The position numbers and the translations under genes are program-made. Under the pieces are notes generated by a model. It was not told the DNA's origin, made no database searches, and saw only the letters and a program-made list of their open reading frames with translations. Of a DNA stretch of 64,000 bases, positions 30,575 through 41,446 are shown piece after piece. This stretch comes from Terriglobia bacterium (GTDB taxonomy: Bacteria; Acidobacteriota; Terriglobia; Acidiferrales; UBA7541), in contig OY968796.1 in NCBI GenBank assembly GCA_963695545.1, positions 3,776,001-3,840,000 of the forward strand. The letters run 5' to 3'. How positions within the stretch are numbered: position 1 is the first letter of the stretch; each line of letters begins with the position of its first letter.

Positions 30575-30767
30575 ACGGCGACCGTGCCACATCGGCACAT
30601 TCGGGGTGGCGAGTAGGTCGCCGCAGCGGTTTGGAGTAGCCGCCGCCCCGAAACTTCATTAACATCGCAGTGTTCATCAAAGCGGGCAGTTGTGTATGCA
30701 TTCGGCCGCGGCCGCGGCTCATGCCTGCGCTGGCGTCGCTGATCGGACCGTTGTCCCAAAATACTTC

Positions 30768-31733
30768 ATGGAACGCCTTATCGAATGCGTACCGAATTTT
30801 TCCGAAGGGCGGGACATCGCCAAAATGGAGGCGCTCGCCGAGACCATGAGCGCCGTGCCGGGCGTGTGGGTTTTCGACCGTCATAGCGACGCGGATCACA
30901 ATCGCACGGTGATCACGTTCGCGGGAAGACCGGAGGCGGTGGCCGAAGCGGCGCTGCGCGGCGTGGGTCAGGCAGCGCGGCTGCTCGATTTGACGCAGCA
31001 TTCCGGCGCGCATCCGCGGCTGGGAGCGACGGACGTGCTGCCGTTCGTGCCGCTGGAAGGATGCACGATCGAAGATTGCGTGGGGATTGCGCATCGCGTG
31101 GGGCGCGAGATTTGGCGCCGGCATCGCATTCCGGTCTATTTCTACGAAGCGGCGGCGCTGCGGCCGGAGCGCGCGAATCTGGAAAACGTGCGCAAGGGAC
31201 AATTCGAGGGTCTGGTGGGCGCGGAACTCGAGCACGATGCGGCGAGGGCGCCCGACGTCGGCGAACCGAAACTGCACAGAACGGCGGGCGCAGTGGCCGT
31301 CGGCGCGCGCAAATTTCTGATCGCGTTCAACATCAATCTCGACACGCGCGAATTGAGTGTGGCGCAGAAAATCGCGCGCGCGGTGCGGGCGTCGAACGGC
31401 GGATTGCCGCACGTGAAAGCCATGGGCGTCGAACTGAAATCGCGCGGGCTGGCGCAAGTCTCGATGAATCTCACAGACTTCGAGCAGACGCCGCTCGATC
31501 GCGTATTCGGCGCGGTCCAAGCGGAGGCCGCGCGGTACGGTTGCCGGATCGCCGCGAGCGAAATCGTTGGCCTCGTGCCGCAGAAGGCCATCGAGATGAT
31601 CGGCGGATTCGATTTGCATCTCGAGAATTTCACGGGCGCGCAAATTCTGGAGAATCGGCTGGCGGATGCGCTGGCCGGTTCGCGCGCGAGCGCGGGCACG
31701 GCCGCGGCGCGAAAGAGCGCCGCGCGGCGTTAG
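30768..31733 (+). CDS. ftcd: Glutamate formimidoyltransferase
   Basis: ECVPNFSEGRD, DHNRTV, HPRLGATDV.PF.P, QVSMNL, SEIVGLVP. Confidence 0.93.
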   Translation: MERLIECVPNFSEGRDIAKMEALAETMSAVPGVWVFDRHSDADHNRTVITFAGRPEAVAEAALRGVGQAARLLDLTQHSGAHPRLGATDVLPFVPLEGCTIEDCVGIAHRVGREIWRRHRIPVYFYEAAALRPERANLENVRKGQFEGLVGAELEHDAARAPDVGEPKLHRTAGAVAVGARKFLIAFNINLDTRELSVAQKIARAVRASNGGLPHVKAMGVELKSRGLAQVSMNLTDFEQTPLDRVFGAVQAEAARYGCRIAASEIVGLVPQKAIEMIGGFDLHLENFTGAQILENRLADALAGSRASAGTAAARKSAARR

Positions 31734-31923
31734 CAAAAGGTGGAAGCGTAGGGCGCGCGGCACTGGAGATTCGCGTTTCGATTGTATTGTTGAGGAAAGA
31801 CGCGAAGACGGACAACTCAAAACGCCGCCCGGCACGTCTATACTGGTACGGGAAGGCCGCGCAGCGAGATCGATGCGATTTGGAACGAGCACGCTGAGAA
31901 GCACGACAAACATGAGGATCACC

Positions 31924-32949
31924 ATGAAGAAAAATCGGAATCACCGCAGAATTCTGTGGACCGCCGCCGCACTCTTTCTCGCGACACTTGCGCTGGCGCT
32001 TGCGCCGGCGCCGGCCGCGGCCAGCCCGGTTGACAACGACATCATCTCCATGCTGCCGAAGGACGCGGGCGAGGTAGCTTACGCGAATTTGAAAGCGGCT
32101 CGGCAATATCCCTGGTTTGAGCAATTGAAGGAACAAATGCTGCCGGCACGCTTCAAACAATTTGAGGCTTTTCTGGCCGCCGCGGGGATTGACCCGAATA
32201 CGCAAGTTGAGGAATTGACGTGGGCGCTGGTGCCGAACATGCCGGCGAACGCGACGGCGACCTCCGTGCCGTCGAGCGAAGAAGTTGTGGGTATCGCGCA
32301 AGGCCAATTCCAGCCGGATACGGCGGAGGCTTATTTTCTATCGAAAAAAGTGCCGACGGTGAAGATCCGCGACTTCACGCTTTATTCGTTTGGTTCGGGC
32401 AGCGGACCGGGCGATCTTTTTCTTTTTTTCCTGGACACCAATACCGCGGTATTCGGGCAGCGCAAGCAGCTCGAGGAATTGATCAGCGTGCGCTACGGCG
32501 AGGCGCAAGGCTTGATGGCGAATGCCGATCTGTCCGCGCTGGTGAATGACGCGAATGGCAGCGGATTGGTGTGGGCCGTGCTCGATCCGGCGTACACGCG
32601 GCTCGCGATTCAGCAACTGGCGGGCGGCGCGGCGCAATTTTCGCAAGCCAGCCAGGTGATCGCGCAATTGAAATCGATGATCGTGAGCTTTGACGCGGAT
32701 TCCGGAATCCAGGTCCATTTCCAGGCGGTGTGTACCACCTCGGATGCGGCCAACACTTTTGCGGCGCTGCTGCAGGCGGGATTGCTGTTGCAAAAATATC
32801 AGGCGCAGCAAACGAATCCGGATTTGGCCGCGCTGCTGGATGAAACGCAAATCTCTCCGAATGGCGATCGGCTGGATATTCGGCTAAGCCTCACGGACGA
32901 TCAAGTGGTCGCGCTGATCCGGCGGAACACGTTCGCGATGGGGCTGTGA
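31924..32949 (+). CDS. Secreted hypothetical protein
   Basis: GAGG RBS, signal peptide, long plausible ORF. Confidence 0.75.
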   Translation: MKKNRNHRRILWTAAALFLATLALALAPAPAAASPVDNDIISMLPKDAGEVAYANLKAARQYPWFEQLKEQMLPARFKQFEAFLAAAGIDPNTQVEELTWALVPNMPANATATSVPSSEEVVGIAQGQFQPDTAEAYFLSKKVPTVKIRDFTLYSFGSGSGPGDLFLFFLDTNTAVFGQRKQLEELISVRYGEAQGLMANADLSALVNDANGSGLVWAVLDPAYTRLAIQQLAGGAAQFSQASQVIAQLKSMIVSFDADSGIQVHFQAVCTTSDAANTFAALLQAGLLLQKYQAQQTNPDLAALLDETQISPNGDRLDIRLSLTDDQVVALIRRNTFAMGL

Positions 32950-33075
32950 AGATCGCGCGCGTCGAGCGTCAGCGTTGTTGGGGCGATGCGCTGAAATTTT
33001 CGGGTGAAGTTGTGGGCGTGCGTTGCGGGCGCTCTTCAGGCGCTCGGTAATTCCCATTCAAGCGATATTTGCGGA

Positions 33076-33252
33076 TCACAAAGCGCCGCTGGTTGCGAGC
33101 GGCACTTCGCATGCCTCGCGGCAGTCCGGACAATAATATTGACCGTCGGCGGCGAGGCGAATGTTGTATTGCCCCTGGCAATAGCAACAGTAGCGATCGC
33201 ATTGGCACTCGTGTTCGGTCTTTTCGCAGGACGCGCAAAGAGTATCGGGCAT
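33076..33252 (-). CDS. 58-aa Cys-rich putative metal-binding microprotein
   Basis: MPDTLCASCEKTEHECQCDRYCCYCQGQYNIRLAADGQYYCPDCREACEVPLATSGAL; AGAGAGG RBS and TATAGT -10-like box upstream. Confidence 0.7.
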   Translation of the reverse strand: MPDTLCASCEKTEHECQCDRYCCYCQGQYNIRLAADGQYYCPDCREACEVPLATSGAL

Positions 33253-33329
33253 GGCCGCCTCTCTACTTTCACTATAATCCGCGCAGACATGGCCGACAAG
33301 ATGGCGTGACGCAAACGTGACCTCGCGCG

Positions 33330-34916
33330 CTATTTCGCTGCGCCGGCCGCTCCACTCGCGCCTGGAGCGCCACCCGCATCTGCGCCGGCAGCGAACAGCT
33401 CTACGGTGATCTTCGGAAAATCCTTTTCGTCGGCTAAATGACGCCCTTTCCCGTAGACGGCGTTGAGCTCGAGCGTGGTGCGGTCGAATTCGCCATTCGG
33501 CAAACGATTCCAATAGTCTACGATCCAGACGCGATCGGGCGCGGGACGCGCATCGCTTAAAACTTCTCCGAGCGGCGCGACCATAAAATCCTGATAAACC
33601 AATTGCGCGCCGCCGGGCGCATCGAGAACCGTCGGGCCCGCGGGAATCGGATTGCGCTGCGATCTGTAATATTCGTAGGGCAAGCGGCCGAGCGGTGTGA
33701 AGAAAATTGCGTCGCCAGGCTGGGCGCGATCGAGAATGTACGCTGTGGCGGAGCGCCAGTCTTCGGCGTACATCTGTGAACCGTGATGGAGGTACGCTCG
33801 TGTGGGCACGAACGTGAGAACGGAAATCACGGCCGCGAAGGCCCAAGCCAGCGCTTTCGGGCGCACGCGCACAATTCCGGCGGCGACACCCAGCATCATC
33901 GCGGGCAAGCAAACAATTAAATAGCGATCCACAAAGAAGGGCCGGACGAACGACGCTGCAATCGTCAGGACAACCGGCACGAAGAGCCAAGAGAAAATCA
34001 GCGCGAAGGGCCATCCGGCGTTTTCGGGCGCGCGATCGACGGAGCGGCGCGCCCGCCACGCGGCGAATCCGGCGATGGCGAATGCAAGCGCGTCCAGCGC
34101 GAGAAGCCACTTGCTGCCATAGCCGGCCAATCCATTGAAGAAATTTAGAACGATGGCTGGCGAAGTGCGCGGAATCCAATCGACGGGCGTTCCGCCGATT
34201 CTCGCGGCGACGATGGCGAGCGGCAGCGTGATGTATACAATCCACCGGACGCTGCGCGCGTAGTCGCGCCATGCGAAATCGCGTCCGCGCAGCGACACAA
34301 GCGATGCGCCTTGCGCTACGATCACGAGCGCCGCGAAAAAATGGGCGTAGATCGCGAGCGCGCTCACAATCGCGTAGCTCATCCAGCGCGCCGCGGCCGG
34401 CTCCTGAAGATTGCGCAGCAGGAGCAACGTCGAAAGCGTCACCAGAAAAACAACCAACGCATAACTGCGCGCCTCCTGCGAATAGGAAACGTGGAACGCA
34501 TTGATCGCGAGCAACCACGCGGCGATCAATCCGACGGCGGTGCCGAAGAGGCGGCGGCCGAGCGCGTAGATCACTGGCAGTGTGGCCACCGCGAACACCA
34601 CGGAGAGGCTGCGAACGAACGCTTCGCTGCTGCCGAATTTCATCCAATAGTGCAGCAGCACGTAATACAACGCCATATTCGCTTCGCGATGCCAGAGCAC
34701 GCGGGAGAATTGCGACCATCGCAGGCGCGCGAGCTCCGCGCTGACGGCCTCATCGAGCCAAAAACTTTTCGCGGCGAGAAAACGAAAACGCAAATGCGCG
34801 GCGATTACCACGATCAGTGCGAGCCAAGTCCGGCGAAGCAGCGGGCGGGAATCCAATTCGGAAATATTGGCGGGCGCGGGCGCGGGATTCGGCGCGGAAT
34901 GCGTTTCATTCATCAT
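33330..34916 (-). CDS. GT-C fold glycosyltransferase (GT39/PMT-2-like)
   Basis: SFWLDE, LYY.LLH.W...G.SE..VRSLS, YSQEARSYAL, EDWR; TG-n-TAGAAT 8 nt upstream of ATG. Confidence 0.87.
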   Translation of the reverse strand: MMNETHSAPNPAPAPANISELDSRPLLRRTWLALIVVIAAHLRFRFLAAKSFWLDEAVSAELARLRWSQFSRVLWHREANMALYYVLLHYWMKFGSSEAFVRSLSVVFAVATLPVIYALGRRLFGTAVGLIAAWLLAINAFHVSYSQEARSYALVVFLVTLSTLLLLRNLQEPAAARWMSYAIVSALAIYAHFFAALVIVAQGASLVSLRGRDFAWRDYARSVRWIVYITLPLAIVAARIGGTPVDWIPRTSPAIVLNFFNGLAGYGSKWLLALDALAFAIAGFAAWRARRSVDRAPENAGWPFALIFSWLFVPVVLTIAASFVRPFFVDRYLIVCLPAMMLGVAAGIVRVRPKALAWAFAAVISVLTFVPTRAYLHHGSQMYAEDWRSATAYILDRAQPGDAIFFTPLGRLPYEYYRSQRNPIPAGPTVLDAPGGAQLVYQDFMVAPLGEVLSDARPAPDRVWIVDYWNRLPNGEFDRTTLELNAVYGKGRHLADEKDFPKITVELFAAGADAGGAPGASGAAGAAK

Positions 34917-35025
34917 GCGAGCGCATTCTAACATTCCGCACGCGCCCGCGGCGGCTTGACACTGGTTTATGGCGCATGCTACGGTCGATTGGTTCGTAAT
35001 TTTCCTTTGAAATTTGAGTCGCTGC

Positions 35026-36135
35026 GTGACCGCGCCGCCAACCACTCAACTCCGCAAAACAGCTCTGCATTCCGCGCACCGCCGCTTGGGCGCCAAGATG
35101 GTGAATTTCGGCGGATGGGATATGCCCATCGAATATTCCGGAATTATTTCGGAGCACATGGCCACGCGCACGGCCGCGGGCTTGTTCGACGTGAGCCACA
35201 TGGGAGAAATCGAGGTGCGCGGCGCCGCGGCGCTGGCTCTGGTGCAATCGGTCACCTCGAACAACGCGGCGAAACTCGCCGATGGGCACGCGCAGTATTC
35301 GGGGTTGCTGAACGAGCGCGGCGGTTTCGTGGACGATCTGCTGGTGCATCGCATATCGGACGATCACTATCTGCTTTGCGTGAACGCCGCGAACCAGGAT
35401 GGCGATTTCGATTACATTCGAGATCGAAATCGCTTCGGCGCGGAAATCGAAAATGCCGGCGAACGCTATTCGCAGCTCGCGCTGCAGGGGCCGAAGGCGC
35501 TTGAGATACTCGCGCCGCTGACGGCGACACGCCTCGACGCGCTGCGCTATTATCAATTTACATTCGGCGCGGTGAACGGCGTCGAATGCCTGATCGCGCG
35601 CACCGGCTACACGGGCGAAGATGGCTTCGAGCTTTATTTCCCGCCCGAGTATTCCGAAGCGCTGTGGAGCGCGCTGCTTGACTCGGGCCGGCCGGCGGGT
35701 CTGCTGCCATGCGGATTGGGCGCGCGAAACACTCTGCGGCTTGAAGCGGGGATGCGCCTGTACGGACACGAACTCGACGAGACGACGACGGTCTGGGAAG
35801 CGGACCTCGGGTGGATCTGCAAGCTCGATAAGGGCGAATTCGTGGGACGCAAGGCGCTGGTGGAGCAGAAGGCGCGCGGGATCGAGCGCTCTCTGGTCGG
35901 CTTTGAAATGACCGGCCGGCAAATCGCTCGCGATGCCTGCGGCATTTCGCACGGAGGCGCATTGGTGGGCCGCGTGACCAGCGGATCACCCGCGCCGTAT
36001 TTGAAAAAAAATATCGGCATGGCCTACGTGCCGCTGGCCACGCGCGCGCCGGGAACCGAGATCGAGATCGACATTCGCGGCAACCGAGCGCCGGCGCGCA
36101 TCGTGCCGCTGCCGTTTTACAAGCGCGCGCAATAA
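35026..36135 (+). CDS. gcvT: Glycine cleavage system aminomethyltransferase T
   Basis: FGGWDMP, GLFDVSHMG, RTGYTGEDGFE, GLGARNTLRLEAG. Confidence 0.96.
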   Translation: MTAPPTTQLRKTALHSAHRRLGAKMVNFGGWDMPIEYSGIISEHMATRTAAGLFDVSHMGEIEVRGAAALALVQSVTSNNAAKLADGHAQYSGLLNERGGFVDDLLVHRISDDHYLLCVNAANQDGDFDYIRDRNRFGAEIENAGERYSQLALQGPKALEILAPLTATRLDALRYYQFTFGAVNGVECLIARTGYTGEDGFELYFPPEYSEALWSALLDSGRPAGLLPCGLGARNTLRLEAGMRLYGHELDETTTVWEADLGWICKLDKGEFVGRKALVEQKARGIERSLVGFEMTGRQIARDACGISHGGALVGRVTSGSPAPYLKKNIGMAYVPLATRAPGTEIEIDIRGNRAPARIVPLPFYKRAQ

Positions 36136-36180
36136 GAGCGCGGAATCGCGAAAAGAGCAGCTGGAGGAATCGACAGAAAA

Positions 36181-36579
36181 ATGACAACGTACCCGAGCGA
36201 TTATCGTTACACGCGCGAGCACGAGTGGGTGGCGGCCAAGGGCGATCTCGCCACGGTCGGAATCACCGACTACGCGCAGCATGAATTGGGCGACGTGGTT
36301 TACGTCGGACTACCGGAAGTGGGCACGGCGATGAAAGCGGGGCAAACGCTGGGCTCGGTGGAATCCGTGAAAACCATGAGCGATATTTACGCGCCGGTGT
36401 CTGGCACCGTCGTGGAAATCAATTCGGAGCTGACTGCCGCGCCGGAAAAAGTGAATCAGGATCCCCACGGCGCCGCGTGGATGGTGCGCATGAAGCTTTC
36501 TGACGCCGCCGAGCTGCGCGGCCTGCTCGACGCGGCGGCGTACCAGGCGTTTATAGCCGAGAAGGATTCCACCGCCTGA
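36181..36579 (+). CDS. gcvH: Glycine cleavage system H protein
   Basis: [25 protein letters not shown] (lipoyl Lys). Confidence 0.96.
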   Translation: MTTYPSDYRYTREHEWVAAKGDLATVGITDYAQHELGDVVYVGLPEVGTAMKAGQTLGSVESVKTMSDIYAPVSGTVVEINSELTAAPEKVNQDPHGAAWMVRMKLSDAAELRGLLDAAAYQAFIAEKDSTA

Positions 36580-37925
36580 TGCGCTATCTGCCGAAGAGTC
36601 CTTCCGAGCGCCAGGCGATGTTGGAGTCCATCGGCGCCGGCTCCATCGAAAAACTATTTGAATCGATTCCCGCACCGCTGCGGCTCGGGCGCGCGCTCGA
36701 TCTTCCGGGGCCGATGTCGGAGGCCGAGATCATCGCCTGGTTTCGCGCGCGCGCGGCGGAGAATTCGGTTGGCTACACAAGTTTTCTCGGCGCCGGCGTG
36801 TACAACCACTTGCGATCGGTGGTCACGGACACGATCTTGCAGCGCGGCGAATTCTTAACCTCGTACACGCCGTATCAAGCCGAAATCAGCCAAGGCACGC
36901 TGCAAGCGATTTTCGAGTTTCAAACGCTGATGTGCCAGCTCACGGGGCAAGAAGTAGCAAACGCCTCGATGTGGGACGGCTCGACCGCGACCACGGAGGC
37001 CGCGCTGATGGCGGCGCGAATTACGGGGCGTCGGCGATTGGTGGTGGCGCGCTCGCTGCATCCGGAATACAAGCAGGTTCTCGCGACGTACGGGCGGAAT
37101 ATCGGCCTCACGGCGGAGGAGATTCCATACACCGCGTCGGGGCAAATCGACACGGCTCGGCTGGCCGCGGCTGTGAACGACGACACTGCCGCGGTGATTG
37201 TGCAATCGCCCAACTTTTTCGGCGCGCTCGAAGAGGTGCCGGAGCTTGCGGAGATTGCGCACGCGCGAAAAGCGCTGCTGGTCGTCTCGATCACCGAAGC
37301 CGTTTCGCTTGGCGTGGTGCGGCCGCCGTCCGAAGCCGACATCGTGGCCATGGAAACGCAAAGCTTCGGCATGGCGCCGAGTTATGGCGGGCCTTACGCC
37401 GGAGTGATCGCCACGCGCGAACGATATCTGCGGCAGATGCCGGGGCGATTGGCCGGCCAAACGAGCGACGCGGCGGGGCGGCGCGGATTCGTGCTCACAC
37501 TTGCGACGCGCGAACAACACATTCGCCGCGAGAAAGCCACATCGAACATCTGCACAAACCAAGCGCTGTGCGCGCTGGCTGCGACCGTGCATCTTTGCCT
37601 GCTGGGCAAAGAGGGCTTGCGCGAATTGGCGCTGCAAAATTTGGCGAAGGCGCGATACGCCGCGGCGGAACTTGCGCGTGTGCCGGGCGTGCGAATTCCC
37701 TTCACGGGGACAACGTTCAACGAATTCGTGATCGAATTGCCACGTTCGGTGCGCATCGCGAATCGCAGACTGCTGGACGAAAAAATCATCGGGCCGCTGC
37801 CGCTGGGGCCGTGGTATCCCGAGCTGACCAAGCGAGGGCTAGTTTGCGTGACGGAGACCATGCCGCGCGCGGAAATCGAGCGCTTCGCCGCCGCGCTTGG
37901 CGCCGTGCTCGCAGGCCCATTGTGA
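36579..37925 (+). CDS. gcvPA: Glycine dehydrogenase subunit 1
   Basis: [35 protein letters not shown]. Confidence 0.96.
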   Translation: MRYLPKSPSERQAMLESIGAGSIEKLFESIPAPLRLGRALDLPGPMSEAEIIAWFRARAAENSVGYTSFLGAGVYNHLRSVVTDTILQRGEFLTSYTPYQAEISQGTLQAIFEFQTLMCQLTGQEVANASMWDGSTATTEAALMAARITGRRRLVVARSLHPEYKQVLATYGRNIGLTAEEIPYTASGQIDTARLAAAVNDDTAAVIVQSPNFFGALEEVPELAEIAHARKALLVVSITEAVSLGVVRPPSEADIVAMETQSFGMAPSYGGPYAGVIATRERYLRQMPGRLAGQTSDAAGRRGFVLTLATREQHIRREKATSNICTNQALCALAATVHLCLLGKEGLRELALQNLAKARYAAAELARVPGVRIPFTGTTFNEFVIELPRSVRIANRRLLDEKIIGPLPLGPWYPELTKRGLVCVTETMPRAEIERFAAALGAVLAGPL

Positions 37926-39496
37926 AGAATGCCGCGAAAAATATTGTGAGCGAAACGATACGCAAAGCCGGACGTAACGTCAGCCAGAACGAGGGGCTGA
38001 TCTTCGAGAAGTCCGCGCCGCATAAGCGCGCGTTCGAGTTGCCGCCGCTTGACGTGCCGCCGGTCGATCCGCGCACCGCGCTGGGGCCGGCGCACGCGCG
38101 CGATTCGGTCGACGGTTTCCCTGAAGTCAGCGAGATCGAGGTGTTGCGCCACTTCACGCGGCTTTCCACCTGGAATTATGCGATCGATCTCGGAATGTAT
38201 CCGCTCGGATCCTGCACCATGAAGTACAACCCGCGCGTGAACGAATTCGTGGCGCGGCTTGACGGCCTTGCGACCGAGCATCCCTACCAGCCTGCAGAGG
38301 TTTCGCTCGGGTGCCTGAAGATTTTGCGAACGCTCGAGAAATGCTTGCTCGAGATCACCGGCATGGACGCTTGCACGCTCGAGCCGGCTGCTGGAGCGCA
38401 GGGCGAACTGTGCGGCCTGCTACTGATCCGCGCGTATCTCGAGAGCCAAGGATCGGCGCGGCGCATCGTGCTGATTCCGGATTCGGCGCACGGAACAAAT
38501 CCCGCCACGGCCACGATCGCCGGCTACGAAGTGCGGAACATTCGATCGGACGCCGCGGGACAGATCGACGTCGAAGCGCTGAAAAACATCGTGAACGACG
38601 ACGTCGCGGCGCTGATGGTCACCAATCCTTCGACGCTGGGCGTTTTCGAGCAACGCATCGCGGAAATCGCGGAGATTCTGCACGCGCACGGCGCGCAGCT
38701 CTATATGGACGGCGCGAATATGAATGCGCTGGCGGGAATCGCGCGGCCCGGAGACTTCGGCGTAGACGTAATGCACCTGAATCTGCACAAAACATTTTCG
38801 ACGCCGCACGGAGGCGGAGGTCCCGGCGCCGGACCCGTGCTGGTGAAGAAAAAGTTCGAGCCGTTTTTGCCCGTGCCGGTGCTGGTGGAAAAAGATGGAC
38901 GATTGTCGCTCGAGACGCATCGCCGCGGCTCGATCGGGCGGCTGCGTGCGTTCGGTGGAAATTTCGGCGTGCTGGTGCGCGCGCTCGCTTACACGCTGGC
39001 GTATGGTCCCGGCATGCGGCAAGCCACCGAGGACGCGGTGCTGAACGCAAACTACATTCGGAGGGGACTCGAAGGCGTCTACGACCTGCCGTACAAATCG
39101 CCGTCAATGCACGAAGTGGTCTTCAGCGACGCGCGGCAGAAAAAAAACGGCGTGAACACGATGGATATCGCCAAGCGCCTGATCGACTACGGGTTTCATC
39201 CATACACGACTGCGTTTCCGCTGATCGTTCCCGGCGCGCTGATGATCGAGCCCACCGAATCGGAATCGAAAGAAGAATGCGACTTCTTCATCGACGCCAT
39301 GCGCTCGATCGCCGCCGAAGCGGAGACGAATCCCGATCTCGTAAAGACCGCGCCGCACAACACGCGCATCGGCAGACTCGACGAGGTCACCGCCGCGCGC
39401 AAGCCGATCCTGCGCTGGCGTTCGGCGACGGCGGCCGCGCCGCCGTCGGAAGCGCCGGCCAAAACGAAGCCGCCAACATCGCGCTCTTCTGAATAG
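37922..39496 (+). CDS. gcvPB: Glycine dehydrogenase subunit 2
   Basis: [48 protein letters not shown] overlap with gcvPA. Confidence 0.95.
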   Translation: MKNAAKNIVSETIRKAGRNVSQNEGLIFEKSAPHKRAFELPPLDVPPVDPRTALGPAHARDSVDGFPEVSEIEVLRHFTRLSTWNYAIDLGMYPLGSCTMKYNPRVNEFVARLDGLATEHPYQPAEVSLGCLKILRTLEKCLLEITGMDACTLEPAAGAQGELCGLLLIRAYLESQGSARRIVLIPDSAHGTNPATATIAGYEVRNIRSDAAGQIDVEALKNIVNDDVAALMVTNPSTLGVFEQRIAEIAEILHAHGAQLYMDGANMNALAGIARPGDFGVDVMHLNLHKTFSTPHGGGGPGAGPVLVKKKFEPFLPVPVLVEKDGRLSLETHRRGSIGRLRAFGGNFGVLVRALAYTLAYGPGMRQATEDAVLNANYIRRGLEGVYDLPYKSPSMHEVVFSDARQKKNGVNTMDIAKRLIDYGFHPYTTAFPLIVPGALMIEPTESESKEECDFFIDAMRSIAAEAETNPDLVKTAPHNTRIGRLDEVTAARKPILRWRSATAAAPPSEAPAKTKPPTSRSSE

Positions 39497-39536
39497 TATC
39501 CTGCCGACTCGCGGCGTTTATGGAACGGAGTTGTGC

Positions 39537-40268
39537 TTACGGACGTGAATAAATCTCGCGGAGCTTCGGTCCGTCCGATCCAAGAACCACGAATTCGCAC
39601 TCGTGATACGTTCCTTGTTGCACCGAGGCGCAAGCAAGGATGCCGAATCGCTGCCCGGGCGTTTCCGGGTTTTCGTCTGCCGATGCATCACTCTGAACAA
39701 CAAGCGACATCGAATAGATCCAACCCGACGCGTCGTGCAGAACCGCTTCGACCCCTTGCGTAGGTTCGGCGACTAGCTCCGGTTCCCATTTCACCCACGG
39801 AGTGCCACCGCCGAGCGCAGCCTTCCACTCGCGCGCTCTCGAGCCGCCGCACTCTCCCGGACACAGCAGCGGAGGAATAGATGCCACCACGCCTTCCGGC
39901 CACTTGTGAATGACGCCTACGCCAGCGGTAGGGTTCACCTGCTGCAGAAATTGTAATGCAAAACATTTCCCCACGTAATCCGAAGACCTCGTATTCTCAA
40001 AATTGTTGGCTGGGCCAAAGCCATCGCTTACAGCTGACAAATATTCATCGCAATTTTGGACCGTCCGGCTCTCTCCACGTCGATCAAGAACGAGCGGCTG
40101 ACGTTGTTCCTTGCGCATTGCGCCGCTTATGTCGCTAAGGCTATCGAGGCCGAGACTCGGCGCCCAGGCCACTTTCGTTGCCCGTCCATCGCCGGCCGCC
40201 CGGACTCCGGCCAAACAAAATAGAGAACTCAAGACGAGAGCGATGGCGCACGGTGTTTTCCGCTCCAT
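39537..40268 (-). CDS. Secreted hypothetical protein, no family recognised
   Basis: GGAGG RBS before ATG 40268, hydrophobic signal peptide, several Cys. Confidence 0.6.
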   Translation of the reverse strand: MERKTPCAIALVLSSLFCLAGVRAAGDGRATKVAWAPSLGLDSLSDISGAMRKEQRQPLVLDRRGESRTVQNCDEYLSAVSDGFGPANNFENTRSSDYVGKCFALQFLQQVNPTAGVGVIHKWPEGVVASIPPLLCPGECGGSRAREWKAALGGGTPWVKWEPELVAEPTQGVEAVLHDASGWIYSMSLVVQSDASADENPETPGQRFGILACASVQQGTYHECEFVVLGSDGPKLREIYSRP

Positions 40269-40355
40269 GAGATCCTCCATGTGGCACTCATAGTTGGAGT
40301 ATACGCGGCTCCAGATGTGGAGCGCAGTTGATGAAACCGGATTCAAAATAACAAA

Positions 40356-40387
40356 GAGGCGCCTCGGAAAATATTCCGGGGCGCCTC
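40356..40387 (-). terminator. Intrinsic terminator after the SYLF gene
   Basis: GAGGCGCCTCGGAA/TTCCGGGGCGCCTC stem, followed on the minus strand by TTTGTTATTTT. Confidence 0.75.
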
Positions 40388-40445
40388 GTGGTTGCTGCCG
40401 AACGCGGGCCACTGTGCGGGGCCGCGGCCGGGGATGGCTGAACGC

Positions 40446-41150
40446 CTAGTTGACCTGGCTGGTCTGGACCTTCGGCGGATACATATCGAGTTCGCGCAAG
40501 AGACCACGCGCTGCTACGGGAGTCTCAACGTGGCCGTGAAGGATTTCGTCGCGGTGAACGTCGTGTCCGTACATGGCGACGTCACCGGAGTGATCGGCTT
40601 GGACGACGGCGCCGTCAAGACTCACGCCCGCGAAGATGCCCTTGGCGCGCGAGTAAGTCAGGATTTCGGCGTTCATGGCCGCATCGGTGTCCGCGGAAGC
40701 GGTGCGTCCCACGGGGCCGGCGGCGACCGAAGCGTCGGCGCCGAGTTTGAATTTATCGCCGAGCAAGCTCTGCAGGGCGTGGTCGTTCATGAACAGCATA
40801 ATGATGTCGGTGGAAGAACCGCCGGCTTGGTAGCCAACGCTGCCGCCGTCAAGGGCGACGAACATCGGCGCGCTCCAGCCATTTTCCGTGCGGCAGGCCG
40901 CAACGCCCCGGCCGTAATTGCCGCCGAGGAAGAACGCAAATTTGACGCTGCCAGGAATAATCGCGATGCACTTGGCTTTGGCCAGGAGGTCGCGCGGAAT
41001 TCCCTGATCGGGAGTGTTCATGATTTCGTGGAAGACGCGTCTCGAGGCGTCAATGCGGGTGACGTCGTCGTCGCGGTCCGAAGCGAACAGCGGAATCGCA
41101 AGCAATGCGACGGATACCAAAACTCCAAGACGAAATGCTGTTTTTGACAT
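40446..41150 (-). CDS. Lipid-binding SYLF (Ysc84-like) domain protein
   Basis: GWSAP.F..L.GGSVG.Q.G, ASVAAGPVGR, YSRAKGIFAGVSLDG; GAGGAG RBS. Confidence 0.9.
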   Translation of the reverse strand: MSKTAFRLGVLVSVALLAIPLFASDRDDDVTRIDASRRVFHEIMNTPDQGIPRDLLAKAKCIAIIPGSVKFAFFLGGNYGRGVAACRTENGWSAPMFVALDGGSVGYQAGGSSTDIIMLFMNDHALQSLLGDKFKLGADASVAAGPVGRTASADTDAAMNAEILTYSRAKGIFAGVSLDGAVVQADHSGDVAMYGHDVHRDEILHGHVETPVAARGLLRELDMYPPKVQTSQVN

Positions 41151-41197
41151 GATCGAAGCTCCTCTGAATTTTTTGGTCACGTTGGCCTGCTGATCTG

Positions 41198-41237
41198 TCC
41201 TGACCGCCTGAGGGCCTGAAGGCTTGAGGGCCCGAGG
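41198..41237. repeat. Imperfect 8-bp tandem repeat (GCCTGAGG)n
   Basis: tcctgacc gcctgagg gcctgaag gcttgagg gcccgagg. Confidence 0.65.
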
Positions 41238-41446
41238 GCGCGGGCCGCCTGACATCGTCGAGGATGCCACGCCGTTACTGCGCTGGGAATACATCGATCG
41301 GTGTATATCGGCGCATTAAGGACTTGACGCAATCTCCGCTGGATTGAGAGCGATACGTGCCAAAGCGGTGCACGAATGTGGAGCACGCCGGGAAAATTCC
41401 GAGCGCGCTGTGCGATTGCGCGGATTTAGTTTGCGTTCGACAGCGT

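Noticed and set aside
33253..34719. 547-aa ORF 33076-34719 as a full gene
   Set aside because: Alternate frame of the GT39 gene; only the last 58 codons look genuine
34917..35025. Glycine riboswitch upstream of gcvT
   Set aside because: Short divergent intergenic region filled by promoter-like boxes; no aptamer motifs seen
36932..37921. N-terminal extension making GcvPB 854 aa
   Set aside because: Overlaps gcvPA out of frame; the real start is GTG 37922 or just downstream
41345..41365. TTGGCACG sigma54-like site upstream of the SYLF gene
   Set aside because: No GC at the required GG-N10-GC spacing
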